DNA of 64,000 nt from Crocinitomicaceae bacterium (GCA_016719925.1 JADJYC010000004.1:56697-120696); one strand, 5' to 3'. Positions 29,104 to 40,120 are shown, counted from the first letter of the stretch. Numbers and translations: made by a program. The notes: generated from the letters alone by a model not told the origin.

Positions 29104-29529
29104 ATGAAAAGAATAATTTTACCCGGTATATTTTCGCTGATACTCGGAACGACATTTGCCCAAACGGGATGTTATACTGAGTGGAAAGCTGCATTTGATG
29201 AGCGCGGTTCATACGCCATTGGTGATGAAGTTCACCGCAATGTTTATATCGCATTTGTTGAAGAAGGTGAATCTTATTGTGTTGCAGGAAAAGCAAGAGT
29301 AGAGTACGGAAAAATTGTTTCTATCTGGCTGATGTTTGAAGATGGCACCTATGATCTGATGGAAGCGGATAAATTTTCAACCAAAACTAAAACTTCTCCG
29401 GGCATTGTAAACGGAATCTCTGAAGAAATCATTACCAAAGAAGGTGAAAAACTCTACATCATTTTTGTAGATAAAATCAAACCTAAAAAGAAAACATACA
29501 AAACAGTTGGTGGTCCTGGAGATCAGTAA
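29104..29529 (+). CDS. Hypothetical secreted protein
   Basis: Signal peptide MKRIILPGIFSLILGTTFAQ. Start chosen at the internal Met of ORF 29071. Confidence 0.4.
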   Translation: MKRIILPGIFSLILGTTFAQTGCYTEWKAAFDERGSYAIGDEVHRNVYIAFVEEGESYCVAGKARVEYGKIVSIWLMFEDGTYDLMEADKFSTKTKTSPGIVNGISEEIITKEGEKLYIIFVDKIKPKKKTYKTVGGPGDQ

Positions 29530-29550
29530 TTGAAAAAAAGAATCTTTTGT

Positions 29551-29592
29551 AAATCCGTTGCCTTAGGTGACGGATTTTTTTTGCTAAATTAT
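29551..29592. terminator. Rho-independent terminator between convergent genes
   Basis: AAATCCGT-TGCCTTAGGTG-ACGGATTT stem-loop followed by a T8 run. Confidence 0.6.
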
Positions 29593-29596
29593 TAAT

Positions 29597-30391
29597 TCAG
29601 AATTGCCATACCGGACCAGCAGAAATAATCATGGAGTCATGTGTAATCCAGACAACGTTATCGCTTGTACTGCTTGATGCCCAATAGCCAAAATTCAATT
29701 CAATCTGCGTGTTAATACCGACAGAAAACCGTGCGCCGGCAGCAGCTCTGAAATCCCACCCCATCCTTGTTTCATTAAATGTTGGTGTGATTACAGATGT
29801 ACCTGTTCTGCCAGGCCAATAAGCAAAGCCTGAGGCTACCAGAATTGAAAACTCCGTTTTATTGAAAGGCTGAAACAACGCATTTAAACGCAGATTCGGA
29901 TTCATCATCATTCTTGCGGCATCATTTGTTTCCGGTTTGCCCCACATGCTCAATAACTCAAAACCCAAAGAAAAATTCTGATGCAATTTGTAATCTATAA
30001 AAGGCGTAATGCCAAAAGAATATTTTGCTTTTGTAAAAACACTGTTGACATTAAACAATCCAAAACTTCCACCGTGCACATTTATTCCGGCTATCCAATT
30101 TTTGTGATTTTCAGGAACAAGTTCGAACCTGCATTCCTGAATTTTTCCGCTTTCAATTACAACTGTTTTTGTTTCAGAAAGAAAACCCTGTTTGTATGCT
30201 CTTACTGAAAATTCACCCGGCATTAAATCTTCAACAAGCAAGCCTGACATCTCCGCTTTTGTTTTCCCTTTAAACTGATCGTTGATATAAATGCTTACAC
30301 CTTCTTCACAATAAATCTGAAGTGTTCCGGTTTGTGCAAAAGTGAAAAAAATACCAAATAAAGAGAAGTATAAAATGACAACTATTTTCAT
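29597..30391 (-). CDS. Hypothetical outer-membrane beta-barrel-like protein with an N-terminal PEGA-like segment
   Basis: Signal peptide. Alternating hydrophobic beta-strand pattern ending ...AGPVWQF with a C-terminal aromatic residue. Confidence 0.4.
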   Translation of the reverse strand: MKIVVILYFSLFGIFFTFAQTGTLQIYCEEGVSIYINDQFKGKTKAEMSGLLVEDLMPGEFSVRAYKQGFLSETKTVVIESGKIQECRFELVPENHKNWIAGINVHGGSFGLFNVNSVFTKAKYSFGITPFIDYKLHQNFSLGFELLSMWGKPETNDAARMMMNPNLRLNALFQPFNKTEFSILVASGFAYWPGRTGTSVITPTFNETRMGWDFRAAAGARFSVGINTQIELNFGYWASSSTSDNVVWITHDSMIISAGPVWQF

Positions 30392-30403
30392 GAATCTGGT
30401 ATA

Positions 30404-31489
30404 TTATTCTTTAATCATTACATCCAGATAAATGGGCAAATGATCTGCAAAGCCGCCGTGATAATTAAACCCAACATAGGTACGGTTTGTGGTTTTTCCA
30501 ATACCGTCAGACTCCGGTTCCAGTAAATAATCAGCGTCAAAAATCTGAACAAGATTCATTGGTGTAATCAGATTTCCGGTTTGAAAATACATGTTTGGTG
30601 AAGCAATAAACTGATCCAGAATTCCCCATTCATGCTGATAACTGTGTGTGCCTTTTATGTTTTCATATTGCCACATCAGATTAATAAGATCTCCTTTTTT
30701 AAACTGAGCAGAATCTTTCACCGCTTTTAATATTTCATGCATGCTGATATCATCGGGATGATCATTAAAATCTCCCATAGCCAGAATATATGCATCAGGA
30801 TTCAGTGTCATCAGTGAATCAAATTTTTCCTTCAGTGTTTTTGCAGCAAACTGTCTTTTATGTTCTGTTTGCATTTGACCGCCGTATCTGGAGGGCCAGT
30901 GATTGACGAATAAATGCAAGGTGTCTTTGCCAACCAATCCTTTCATGTATAAAATATCACGTGTTGGAGAATGATCAACCGGAAAAATCAATTCATACGA
31001 ATAGAAATTCAAAAAAGAAAAATGTTCAGGTCTGTATAAAAATGCTACATCAATTCCCCTTGCATCTTTTGATTCCTGATGCACAATTTCATAACCAAAT
31101 TCTTTGAGCGGCGAATTATAAACAAGATCTTTCAGACACTGAATATTTTCAATTTCACACAAACCAATCACGGCCGGTGGTTCCCACTGACCTATTGCCA
31201 GAGCGGTTTTCCCGATTTTTGCAAGTTTATCATTGTAGCGCTGATAAGTCCAGTATCGTGTTCCTTCTTCAGTAAACTCATCATCATTTTTAATTGAATC
31301 ATTTGTGGGATGAAAAAGATTTTCCACGTTGTAAAACATGATGCGAATTCCCTTTTTTTCTTCCTGCGGATTTTGTGCGTTTGTGTTAGAGCCAAAGAAA
31401 GATAGAAAAGAAAAAAGGACTATGGGCAAAGGACAGAGGACAAAGCGAAAAGGAAAAAGGACAAAGGGATTTCTTTTGTTTGATTTCAT
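30404..31489 (-). CDS. Endonuclease/exonuclease/phosphatase (EEP) family protein
   Basis: ...IRIMFYNVENLF...GLCEIEN... are EEP motifs. The N-terminal ~35 aa (RNPFVLFPFRFVLCPLPIVLFSF) is encoded by the heptamer repeat array at 31423-31475. Confidence 0.65.
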   Translation of the reverse strand: MKSNKRNPFVLFPFRFVLCPLPIVLFSFLSFFGSNTNAQNPQEEKKGIRIMFYNVENLFHPTNDSIKNDDEFTEEGTRYWTYQRYNDKLAKIGKTALAIGQWEPPAVIGLCEIENIQCLKDLVYNSPLKEFGYEIVHQESKDARGIDVAFLYRPEHFSFLNFYSYELIFPVDHSPTRDILYMKGLVGKDTLHLFVNHWPSRYGGQMQTEHKRQFAAKTLKEKFDSLMTLNPDAYILAMGDFNDHPDDISMHEILKAVKDSAQFKKGDLINLMWQYENIKGTHSYQHEWGILDQFIASPNMYFQTGNLITPMNLVQIFDADYLLEPESDGIGKTTNRTYVGFNYHGGFADHLPIYLDVMIKE

Positions 31490-31540
31490 CGTGGAATCGT
31501 CATAATACTTTTTAACCCTTTGTCCTTTGTCCTCAAATTA
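31423..31540. repeat. Heptamer-array inverted pair (GGCAAAGGACAGAGGACAAAG ... CCCTTTGTCCTTTGTCC)
   Basis: The forward array at 31423-31475 and the reverse-complement array at 31513-31540 flank a 40-bp AT-rich spacer. This is the same family as the arrays at 56.0-62.3 kb. Confidence 0.7.
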
Positions 31541-32464
31541 ATCTTCTCCTTCAGAATTTTCAGCCAGTTTTGATCCAACCAAAGTTCCGTGAATGATCTG
31601 GTCCTGGAAATCTTTCATTGCATTCGGAGAGTGAGGAATCAAAATTGAAGTATTTTTTCCGTTTGATCCGATATGATTCAGTGTATCGAAATATTGTGTC
31701 AATAAAACAAAATGCATGACTTCTTCATGAGAAACACCTTTAAGGGTTTTCTGAAAATCTTCTACAGATTCTTTAAACCCGCGAATAATTTCTCTGCGCT
31801 GAGCGGCAATACCTTCACCTGATAATCTTTTTGATTCAGCATCAGCTTCAGCGGCTTTCACCACACGGATTTTAGCTCCTTCAGATTCTTCCATGGTAGC
31901 TTCTTTATCACGTTTTGCGGCGTTAATTCTGTTCATTGAATCTTTTACTTTTGCATCCGGATCTATATCTGTGATCAATGCTTTTACAATCAGATATCCG
32001 TAATCATCCATGGAGTCAGCAAGATTTTGTCTTACCGCAGTTGCAATATCTTCTTTCTTGGCAAACACATCATCCAGTTCCATTTTAGGAACCTCAGCAC
32101 GCACATCATCAAAAATATAAGATGCAATCTGATGTCTTGCATTATCTAATGAATAATGCGCTTCCCAAAGTTTATCCTGCATTACCTGAAACTGAACGGA
32201 AACTCTTAAATGAACAAATACGTCATCACGCGTTTTTGTTTCTACATCAACATCGAGTTGCTGCACACGCATATTAATAACGCCGGATTTTTTATCAATA
32301 AAGGGAATAATAAATCCAAGTCCGGCACCAGCCATTTTTTTAAATTTTCCCAATCGCTGAATTACAAATACTGTTTTTTCGTTGACCAGAATTATTGACT
32401 TGACCAACAGTAATAATAAAATTGCACCGCCAACGCTGTACATTACAATCATTTCTTGTTCCAT
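31538..32464 (-). CDS. SPFH domain / band 7 family protein (stomatin/flotillin-like)
   Basis: N-terminal TM, then ...VFVIQRLGKFKKMAGAGLGFIIPFIDK...VQQLDVDVETKTRDDVFVHLRVSVQFQV... typical of band-7 proteins. Confidence 0.8.
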   Translation of the reverse strand: MEQEMIVMYSVGGAILLLLLVKSIILVNEKTVFVIQRLGKFKKMAGAGLGFIIPFIDKKSGVINMRVQQLDVDVETKTRDDVFVHLRVSVQFQVMQDKLWEAHYSLDNARHQIASYIFDDVRAEVPKMELDDVFAKKEDIATAVRQNLADSMDDYGYLIVKALITDIDPDAKVKDSMNRINAAKRDKEATMEESEGAKIRVVKAAEADAESKRLSGEGIAAQRREIIRGFKESVEDFQKTLKGVSHEEVMHFVLLTQYFDTLNHIGSNGKNTSILIPHSPNAMKDFQDQIIHGTLVGSKLAENSEGED

Positions 32465-32684
32465 AATAGTAGAGTAGATTTAATTTATATTCCTTTGGCA
32501 AAACAAATTGAAGAATTCTGAATAATTACTTCAGGGCTGTATTGGCAAAGGGATTTAAAGGTACAATTTTTTTTAAACCATTCACAATCAGTCAAGAAAA
32601 ACTCTGATTATGAAGTTAATCTGAAATATATTTTGTTATTTCACGCATAATTGATATATTTCAGTATCCCAAGTACTTAAAATT

Positions 32685-33333
32685 ATGTTAGACTATATTC
32701 TCCATTTGTCACCCGGAATTTTGATTGCTCTGGTAATTGTGATCTTTATTGGTCTGGTTTCTCAGGCAGCACTTTATGCAAAAGCCGGAGAACCTTGGAT
32801 TGCCGCGCTTGTGCCTGTCTGGAATGTAATCATTTTTGTGGATGTAGTTGGTCGTCCAAAATGGCAAAAGCTGGATTATAATGGTGCCAGGAATAATCAT
32901 TCTTGGAATGATAGGATTGTACTGGCCGCAACTGGATGGTTTGTTTCCTGTAATTGATCCTGAAACACTGGAGGCAAGTGCCTGGGGAACAAAAAGTCCA
33001 TTTTCTGAAGCCATGGTTCCGATTTATGTAATTATTGGAGCATCAATACCAATGATTATTTTTTTAATGATCATCTTCACTGAAATCTGTGAGTCATTTG
33101 GAAAACATACTACCACTGATAAAATACTGGCAGTCATTTTCAATGGTGCTTATGTTCTTTTTGCAATTGCTCTTGCACCCAATGTTCAATATGAAGCTCC
33201 GTGGTATAAAAAGAAAAGAGGTTTACCATATACTGTTCCTGAAGATCCGCGCAAAATAAAAGCTGCTCAAATGGCAAAAGCGCAGGCAATGGCAAAAGCG
33301 GCAGGGCACGGGCATTACGGGAAGAAGAAATAA
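32685..33333 (+). CDS. DUF5684-like small membrane protein, frameshifted at the A4 run 32866-32869
   Basis: AKAGEPWIAALVPVWNVIIFVDVVGRPKW is the conserved motif. ORF 32685..32957 and ORF 32848..33333 join as GRPKWQSWIIMVPGIIILG if one A is removed. Confidence 0.5.
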
Positions 33334-33339
33334 AGGGAC

Positions 33340-33810
33340 TTCAATTCACTTCGACTTCGACTACGCTCAGTCTCCGTGGACGGCTTCTTGACTTTGACTT
33401 CGAGAACCTCAGTCTCCGTGGATGGTTCTGAAAAATAAAATTCGAGGAAAATTCGTACTTCTAACTTCGTACCTCATACTTCGAATTCGGCTCACTTCGA
33501 CAATGCTCAGTACGAGTCGCTCAGTCTCCGTGAACGGATTCTTAACTTCGACTTCGGCTACGCTCAGTCTCCGTGGATGGTTCTGAAAAATAAAATTCGA
33601 GGAAAAATTTGTACTTCTAACTTAGTACCTCGTACTTGATTTCGGCTCACTTCGACAATGCTCAGTGCTAGTCGCTCAGTCTCCTTGAACGGTCTTAACT
33701 TGAGAACCTCAGTCTCCGTGGATAGCTTGACTTGACTTGACTTGCCACGCTCAGTCTCCGTGGATGGTTCTGAAAAATAAATTGAGGAAAATTGTCCTTA
33801 CCTCGTACTT
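33340..33810. repeat. Higher-order tandem repeat block carrying seven copies of the 15-mer CTCAGTCTCCGTGRA
   Basis: 15-mer copies at ~33366, 33405, 33519, 33557, 33673, 33706 and 33745. Spacing alternates ~39 and ~115 bp, and the long spacers are themselves near-identical (...TGGTTCTGAAAAATAAAATTCGAGGAAAATTCGTACTTC...). The TCTCCGTGG 9-mer equals the right-arm terminus of the MITE-like elements. Confidence 0.75.
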
Positions 33811-33816
33811 CGACTG

Positions 33817-35060
33817 CTACGCCAGAATCTCACGGTAATGCCTGTGCAAAGTAGACGAATCTGTTCCGCTCAAAAAAGAAGAATATGTAAGATGCGTGAG
33901 TAAAAAACGTTTGTCTTTTATCCATAGCGGAAGATATTTTGGCTTCTCAATCAATCCCATTTCATTCATCATTTTCAACGCAGGAATATCTGATAGATCC
34001 AACTTACCGCTGAACAATAAATCCAGGTATTCAAATTTTCCGGATGCAACAGCAACACTTAAAAAATCTGAACTCTCACCAATCCTTCCAGATAAACAAT
34101 GTCTTTTGTAAAAGGCGCTTTGCCATTTATATCTCCTCCTCTGAAAACCCGTTTGGCGCTGTCAAAGGCTTTTCCCTCATCATCTGTTTTATCAAGATAA
34201 TTCTGATAAAGATCGATGAAATTTGCACCATCAATTACCAGCTTAGTTGCAAGGACTCTGTCAGATAACCTTCGGGTTCTTTCCAGATCAATACACCCTG
34301 TAATGAATTCTGAAAATACGGCAAGACCTTCCTGTGTTTCAGTAGTACCACAATGACCTGCACCGAGAATTTTTATGTTCTTTTGTTTGTGTCCGTTCAT
34401 GGAAGTTGCAACGTGAATGTAAACTTCATGTTCTATCAACTGCTGAATATCTTTGTCTGTAAAACAGGCTGAAGGATTAATGGCAATTCTTCTTCTTCCG
34501 GCAATTGCATTGGAGGAAATCGTATCATCCATTACAACTTTAGGGCCTTCATCACCAAACATTTCACTAACTGCCTTTTCCATTTCTTCAGCAAGCGTTG
34601 CCGGCATTACACAAGCTTTTGGCGGTGCACCCAGGTCAAAGTTTTTTACATTTTCAAAAAGTTCTCCAAAGTGCTTTGCAAGATCCAGCGCCGTACTTTC
34701 ACCATCCGGCAAAATGTCCTTTGGACAACCATACATGTTTTTGGAATGTCTGAAAAAATCCTGCGTACCGCGTGACGAAAGTAACAATGCACTGCTTTCC
34801 AATTTGTCAGCGATGCGTGTTGCCCACTTGTCAATGACATCATTTACACCCAAAAGTTTCCGCGCTTTTTTCAATTCATCCAGCGCCGGATTTGGATCAA
34901 ATGGTTTGTATTCCACTGAAGGTAATTTCTGAGCTTTATTCTTAAAAAATTCCTGCTCCACTTCATTTGGCCAGGCAATATTTCTGAGAATATTTATTTT
35001 GGATGCTGCTTCATCCAACGCGTCACTGATTGCAATGATGCGCTTCTTATCATCACTCAT
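33817..35060 (-). CDS. Flavohemoglobin expression-modulating QEGLA-motif protein (DUF1704), frameshifted at the A6 run 34062-34067
   Basis: ...HVATSMNGHKQ...GHCGTTETQEGLAVFSEFITG... carries the QEGLA motif. The 333-aa ORF and the downstream 66-aa ORF join as ...VRVQIFLSVAVASGKFEYLDLLFSGKLDLS... with one extra base. Confidence 0.6.
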
Positions 35061-35069
35061 TCCTGTATG

Positions 35070-38000
35070 CTATTTTTGTATAACCAGTTTTGAAACTGAA
35101 ATACCGTTTGATGATTTAATCTGCACCATATAAACTCCGGCAGGAATTGTACTCAGATTTAATTCAAAAGAACTTCCGCTGATATTTGTTTCTTCAAACA
35201 CTGCTGAAGATCTTGAATCATACATAGTGATACTTACATCATTCAATGCAGCCGAAAATTTCAACAGACAAATTTCATTTGCCGGATTTGGATACAAACT
35301 AAAATTCAATTGAGCATTTTCATCAAATCCAATTCCGCTGATATTTACACAGGCAGATGTATCTGTACATCCATTTTCACTGACAACTACCGCATAATTT
35401 CCATCAACGGATGCAACAAAATCCTGATCAGTTTCACCGGTGATTTCAGAATTCCCATTATCACAATCAATCCACTGATAAGATGTTGCTGTTGACGTTA
35501 CAGCAGAAATTGTAAAACCTGAAAGTGAGGTTGAAACATCCACATTGTTTACGGTAAGATTAATTGTAATGGTGCTGTCACAACCTTCTGAATTTGGAAT
35601 TATATCCGTGTAAGTTCCGGTCACTGTATAGGTATTTCCTTCAGGACTTAAATAAGAACCGCATGCTGTCGGATTTATAGTACTGGAAGATTCATTGTTT
35701 ACAATCAGATCAATTGTGACTGTGCTATCACATCCTGTCATGTTGGTCAGAATCTCTACATAATTTCCGGAAGTTGTCAATGTTGCTCCAAGCGGACTTA
35801 TGTATGAACCACAGACTACAGGCGTAAGCAATGTATCATTACTGTTATTAATTACCAGTTGAATAGTTATTGTACTGTCACACCCTGCCATGTTTGGAAT
35901 GATATCAAAATAGGTTCCGGTTGTGCTGTAATTATTTCCTGCCGGACTTAAATAATTATCACATTCAACCGGAGAAATTGTACTTGCAGTTGATACACAT
36001 AAGCCTGAACCTGAAACAAACATCGGCCAGAATTTTGATGCATCATAAAATGCAACTCCGGGGTCACCGCTGCCCAAAGCAATCATGCTGGTAAATTGTC
36101 CGGTAGTACCTGTTGTTGCAAGCACCATTGGAGAATTCCATGCAATTCCTGTTGCCTCAGAAGCACGAATATATTTCAGATTTCCATTTGAACCGTCATA
36201 ATAACTGATAGCAGGATTTCCGCTGATTACTTTCAGTGAGGTGTATTGACCAATTGTTCCGGTAGTTTCAAGAGTCAGCGGGGTTGCCCATGCAGCACCG
36301 CTTGCATCCATTGCTCTCACATATTTAAGCGAGGAAGTTGTAATATCATAATAACTGATTGCAGGATTTCCGCTTACAATTTGCATTGAATTATATTGTC
36401 CTACGCTCCCTGTTATATCAATTGCCTGCGGTGCACCCCACGTTGTTCCGCTTGCGTCAGTTGCACGCACATAATTCAAATTAAAACCTGTTGCGTCATA
36501 ATAAGCAATTGCAGGATTTCCATTCACGGAAATCAATGAATTATGCTGACCCACTGTTGCAGCGTTATCAACTGTCACAGGTGTATGCACTTCCATTTGC
36601 ATCCGTTGACCGAACATATTTAAGCGCTGAGTTTGTAGCGTCATAATATGCGATAGCAGGATTTCCGTTGATCACACACAGTGAAGTATATTGCCCTGTA
36701 GTTCCGGTAATATCAATATTGACCGGAGTATTCCATGTTGTTCCATTTGCATCTGCTGCGCGAACAAATTTTAACGCTGTATTGGTTGCATCATAATATG
36801 CAATTGCAGGATTTCCATTCACAATATAAGCGGAGAGATAAGCACCAACTGATCCGGTTGCATCCACATTGACAGAAGTTCCCCATGAAGAACCTGTGGC
36901 ATCTAATGCACGAACAAAAACCAAATCCAAATTAGCAACATTCTGATAAGCTACCGCAGGAAAACCATTTGCAAGAACTGCTGAAGAATATTCTCCCACA
37001 TCTCCCGTTACATCAAATGAAGCCGGAGTACCCCAGACGGCGCCATCGGTATCGGTTGCACGAACAAATCTCAGATTAGTATTTGAAACATCATAATAGG
37101 TAATTGCAGGATTTCCATCAACAATATTTAAGCAGGTATATTGTCCGGTAGTACCGGCAGCATCAACTGAAACAGGTGCAAGCCAGATATCGCCGTTAGC
37201 ATCTGTTGCCCTGAAATATTTTAATGCTGTATTTGTTGCATCATAATAGGAAACAGCCGGAAAACCATTTACAACTTTGAGTGAATTGTATTGACCAACC
37301 GTACCTGTCAAATCAAGATCTATAGGTGTATTCCAGGTAATTCCGGTTGCATCTGCAGCACGTACATAACGCAAAGCAGAATTAGTCGCATCATAATATG
37401 TTATTGCCGGTCTGCCGTTTACTGATTCGAGCGAAGTATATTGACCTACTGTATTTGTCAGATCAATGGTAACTGACGCGCTCCATGTTAGACCATCAAC
37501 ATCAGTGGAACGAATATATTTCAGAGAAGAATTGGTTGCATCATAGTAAGAAACAGCAGGATTTCCATTGATTGTATCCAGAGATGTATACTGACCTACT
37601 GTTCCTGTTACGTCCAGATCAACAGGAGTATTCCAGACAGTTCCGCTTGCATCAGAAGCACGGCAAAAAGTCAGTGCAGAATTTGAAGCATCATAATATG
37701 TAATTGCCGGATTTCCGTTAATAGATTTCATGGATAAATATTGGCCGACACTTCCGGTTGCTTCCACCGTAACAGGAGTGCCCCAGCTGGTTCCGTTTAC
37801 ATCATTTGCACGAATATATTTGACATCCAGATTAGTTGCATCATAATATGCGATTGCAGGATTTCCATTAATTACAGCGAGTGAAGCATACTGACCAACC
37901 GTTCCAATTGCATCAACAACTACAGGCGCATTCCAGGCTGATCCATCGCTGTTTGAAGCACGGATATAAATCAAACTTAAATGCGTCACATCATAATATG

Positions 38001-38178
38001 CCATAGCTGGATTACCATTGACAATTTCCATCGATGAATATTGTCCGGTATTTCCACCTGTACCAAATGGAGTTTCAATCACAACCGGCGTACCCCAGGT
38101 TTGCGCTGATGAATTTTTTATAACTAAAATTGCTGAGAGAACCAGCAATACTTTTGAAAACGGGTAAAATAGTTTCAT
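35070..38178 (-). CDS. Large secreted repeat protein with a T9SS C-terminal sorting domain, containing ~22 tandem ~45-aa repeats, three CDSTITI modules and a CTD; one frameshift near 36590
   Basis: Signal peptide MKLFYPFSKVLLVLSAILVIKNSSAQ. Repeat unit ...NGNPAIAYYDATNxxLKYVRAxDAxGTxWxTPVxVDxTGTVGQYxSL... Three repeats of ...GTYxDIIPNxxGCDSTITIxLxVNN.... End ...YPNPANEICLLKF...AGVYMVQIKSSNGISVSKLVIQK. ORFs 36568..38178 and 35070..36644 overlap in different frames. Confidence 0.6.
36010..38100. repeat. Intragenic ~135-bp tandem DNA repeats (~22 units) encoding the 45-aa protein repeat
   Basis: Recurrent ...ATTGCAGGATTTCCATT..ACAAT...ATATTGACCAAC... units can be read directly in the sequence. 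Confidence 0.7.
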
Positions 38179-38292
38179 AGATGCAGTTTAAAATGGCGTT
38201 TGAGTAAATTTAATAAAATAAATCAATCATCATTTTAACGGCAAACAAAATACAACAGAACTCTGCTTTTCGTCAGCAATTTAACAGGAAAC

Positions 38293-39351
38293 TCAAATCA
38301 CCTTATGTTCAATCAGCATTTTAAAAGAATCAAGCATAGTCTCTTTTAATGGCCGGTATGTTACACCCAGCTCCCTGATACTTTTAGAATTATCTGCCCG
38401 CCAGGTGTGATTGACATTGTTTCGTACAAAACGAATTGTCAAGGCTCTGTTCACCAAAGGACCAAAAATTGCAACCAGCCATTTGGGCAATGCGCGGTTT
38501 GGAATTTTATATTTTGTTCCATACTCTGCGTAAACAATTTTTGCAATTTCTAAAAATGTTGTTCCGGGTCCGCTGGTGATATATCTTCCATTTGCTGATG
38601 GAGTAAAACCAGCTTTAAAATGTGCATCTGCAACATCTCTCACATCAACTGTTCCCATTCCAAGATTTGGTACGCCGGATTTTACCGTTCCGTCTCCAAG
38701 TTGTTTTAAAATGGTAAAACTTTCTGATGTTATAGAAGTTGGATTTAATGCTGGTCCTAAAACCAGACTTGGATTAATGACAACCAGATCCCACCTGTTT
38801 TGCGATTTTGAAATTTTCCACGCCTCTTTTTCAGCAAGTGTTTTTGAATAAGAATAAGGCTGATATTTTAACGATGAAGTAGTATTCCAGATTTCTTCTG
38901 TCAGAATTTTTCCCGGTGCATTTTCAATATCTGTACAATCTGTATAAATAGCTGCACAACTGCTTGTAAGAACAACCCGCTTCACTGTTGAAGTTCGTGT
39001 TGCCTGATTCAAAACATTGGCCGTACCTTTCACAGCAGGATCAATTAAATCACGCTGCGGATCTTTGTACTTACTTGTAAAAGGCGATGCAGTGTGATAA
39101 ACAAGTTCACAATCTTTCATTGCTTCATCATAAGAACCTTCCTTCAATAAATCAGCTTTGAAAAACAGAATTTTTCCGCTGCATTCATCTGCCAGTTTTT
39201 TTAAATGTGCAATTTTCTTTGCGTCATCCGGATTTCTCACTGCGGCATGAACTGTAATTCCGTTTTCAAGAAGTTGTTTCACTATCCATCCGGCTACATA
39301 TCCGGTTGCGCCGGTAACCAATACCGGTTTTGTTTTATCAATGGTGGTCAT
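38293..39351 (-). CDS. NAD-dependent epimerase/dehydratase family oxidoreductase (cinnamoyl-CoA / dihydroflavonol reductase-like)
   Basis: KPVLVTGATGYVAGWIVKQLLENGITVHAAVRNPDD plus a YxxxK-containing mid-region. 352 aa. Confidence 0.75.
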   Translation of the reverse strand: MTTIDKTKPVLVTGATGYVAGWIVKQLLENGITVHAAVRNPDDAKKIAHLKKLADECSGKILFFKADLLKEGSYDEAMKDCELVYHTASPFTSKYKDPQRDLIDPAVKGTANVLNQATRTSTVKRVVLTSSCAAIYTDCTDIENAPGKILTEEIWNTTSSLKYQPYSYSKTLAEKEAWKISKSQNRWDLVVINPSLVLGPALNPTSITSESFTILKQLGDGTVKSGVPNLGMGTVDVRDVADAHFKAGFTPSANGRYITSGPGTTFLEIAKIVYAEYGTKYKIPNRALPKWLVAIFGPLVNRALTIRFVRNNVNHTWRADNSKSIRELGVTYRPLKETMLDSFKMLIEHKVI

Positions 39352-39476
39352 TTAACTGTTTATTTTTTGAAGAAGACGAATGGATTAACAGAATATTTTA
39401 AATTTATATCTTTCAAATAATTGAACTCGACTTCACCTGATTTTGTGAGCTCAAAATTGAACATTAAATAACCATT

Positions 39477-39829
39477 ATGGACAACAGCCGTGTTTATAAA
39501 ATGATTTTTGCAAGTGTTTATCCGCTTTATGTGGCAAAAGCAGAAAGAAAAGGCAGAACAAAAGAAGAAGTGGATACGATTATGTGCTGGCTGACCGGTT
39601 ATTCTCAGAAAAAATTACAGCAGCAAATAGAAAAAAAAAGTTGATTTCAAGAACGTTCTTTGCGCAGGCGCCTCAATTAAATCCAAATGTTTCTATAATT
39701 ACAGGGGTAATTTGCGGATACCGGGTTGAAGAAATTGAAGATAAACTCATGCAGAAAGTACGTTATCTGGACAAGCTGATTGATGAGCTTGCCAAAGGGA
39801 AAACAATGGAAAAAATTCTTAGGAATTAA
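39477..39829 (+). CDS. DUF2200 family protein, frameshifted at the A9 run 39621-39629
   Basis: [54 protein letters not shown] in frame 0 continues as ...[55 protein letters not shown] in another frame. Confidence 0.6.
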
Positions 39830-39842
39830 GTCCGGTTTTTTT

Positions 39843-39948
39843 AACACGGAGACACGGAGACCAAAGAGTAACACGGAGAAGCTAAGTGAGCAAAGTTCAA
39901 CAGAGATCTTTCTCTGTGAACCTCCATGCTATCTTTGTCTCTGTGGTT
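39843..39948. repeat. MITE-like element, copy C
   Basis: AACACGGAGACACGGAGACCAAAGAGTAACACGGAGAAG...CTCTGTGAACCTCCATGCTATCTTTGTCTCTGTGGTT. Terminal inverted repeats built on CACGGAGA. Confidence 0.65.
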
Positions 39949-39990
39949 AAAAAATTACCTGATTATTTAACATTCTTCGGCAAGTTCAGG

Positions 39991-40098
39991 ACAAACGGAG
40001 ACACGGAGACCAAATATTTACACGGAGAAACTAAGTGAGCAGAGTTCAGCTGAGATTTTTTCTCTGTGAAACTCCATGTTCTCTGTGTCTCTTTGGTT
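39991..40098. repeat. MITE-like element, copy D (tandem to copy C)
   Basis: ACAAACGGAGACACGGAGACCAAATATTTACACGGAGAAACTAAGTGAGCAGAGTTCAGC...CTCTGTGAAACTCCATGTTCTCTGTGTCTCTTTGGTT. Confidence 0.65.
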
Positions 40099-40120
40099 AA
40101 AAAAAAATTCCTGATTAATT

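Noticed and set aside
33340-33810. Possible CRISPR array (15-bp direct repeats with ~39 and ~115-bp intervening sequences)
   Set aside because: The repeat is too short and the spacing irregular. The 'spacers' are themselves repeated near-identically, and there are no cas genes nearby. It is a higher-order tandem repeat, not CRISPR.
34453-34932. 159-aa plus-strand ORF
   Set aside because: It is antisense to the DUF1704 (QEGLA-motif) gene and has Ser/Ala-rich low complexity.
35070-35126. Met start 'MTLQTQRLNMFGQRMQMEV' as an independent gene start for ORF 35070..36644
   Set aside because: These residues are an out-of-frame read-through of the preceding repeat unit. The protein repeat periodicity continues across the junction, so it is a frameshift within one gene.
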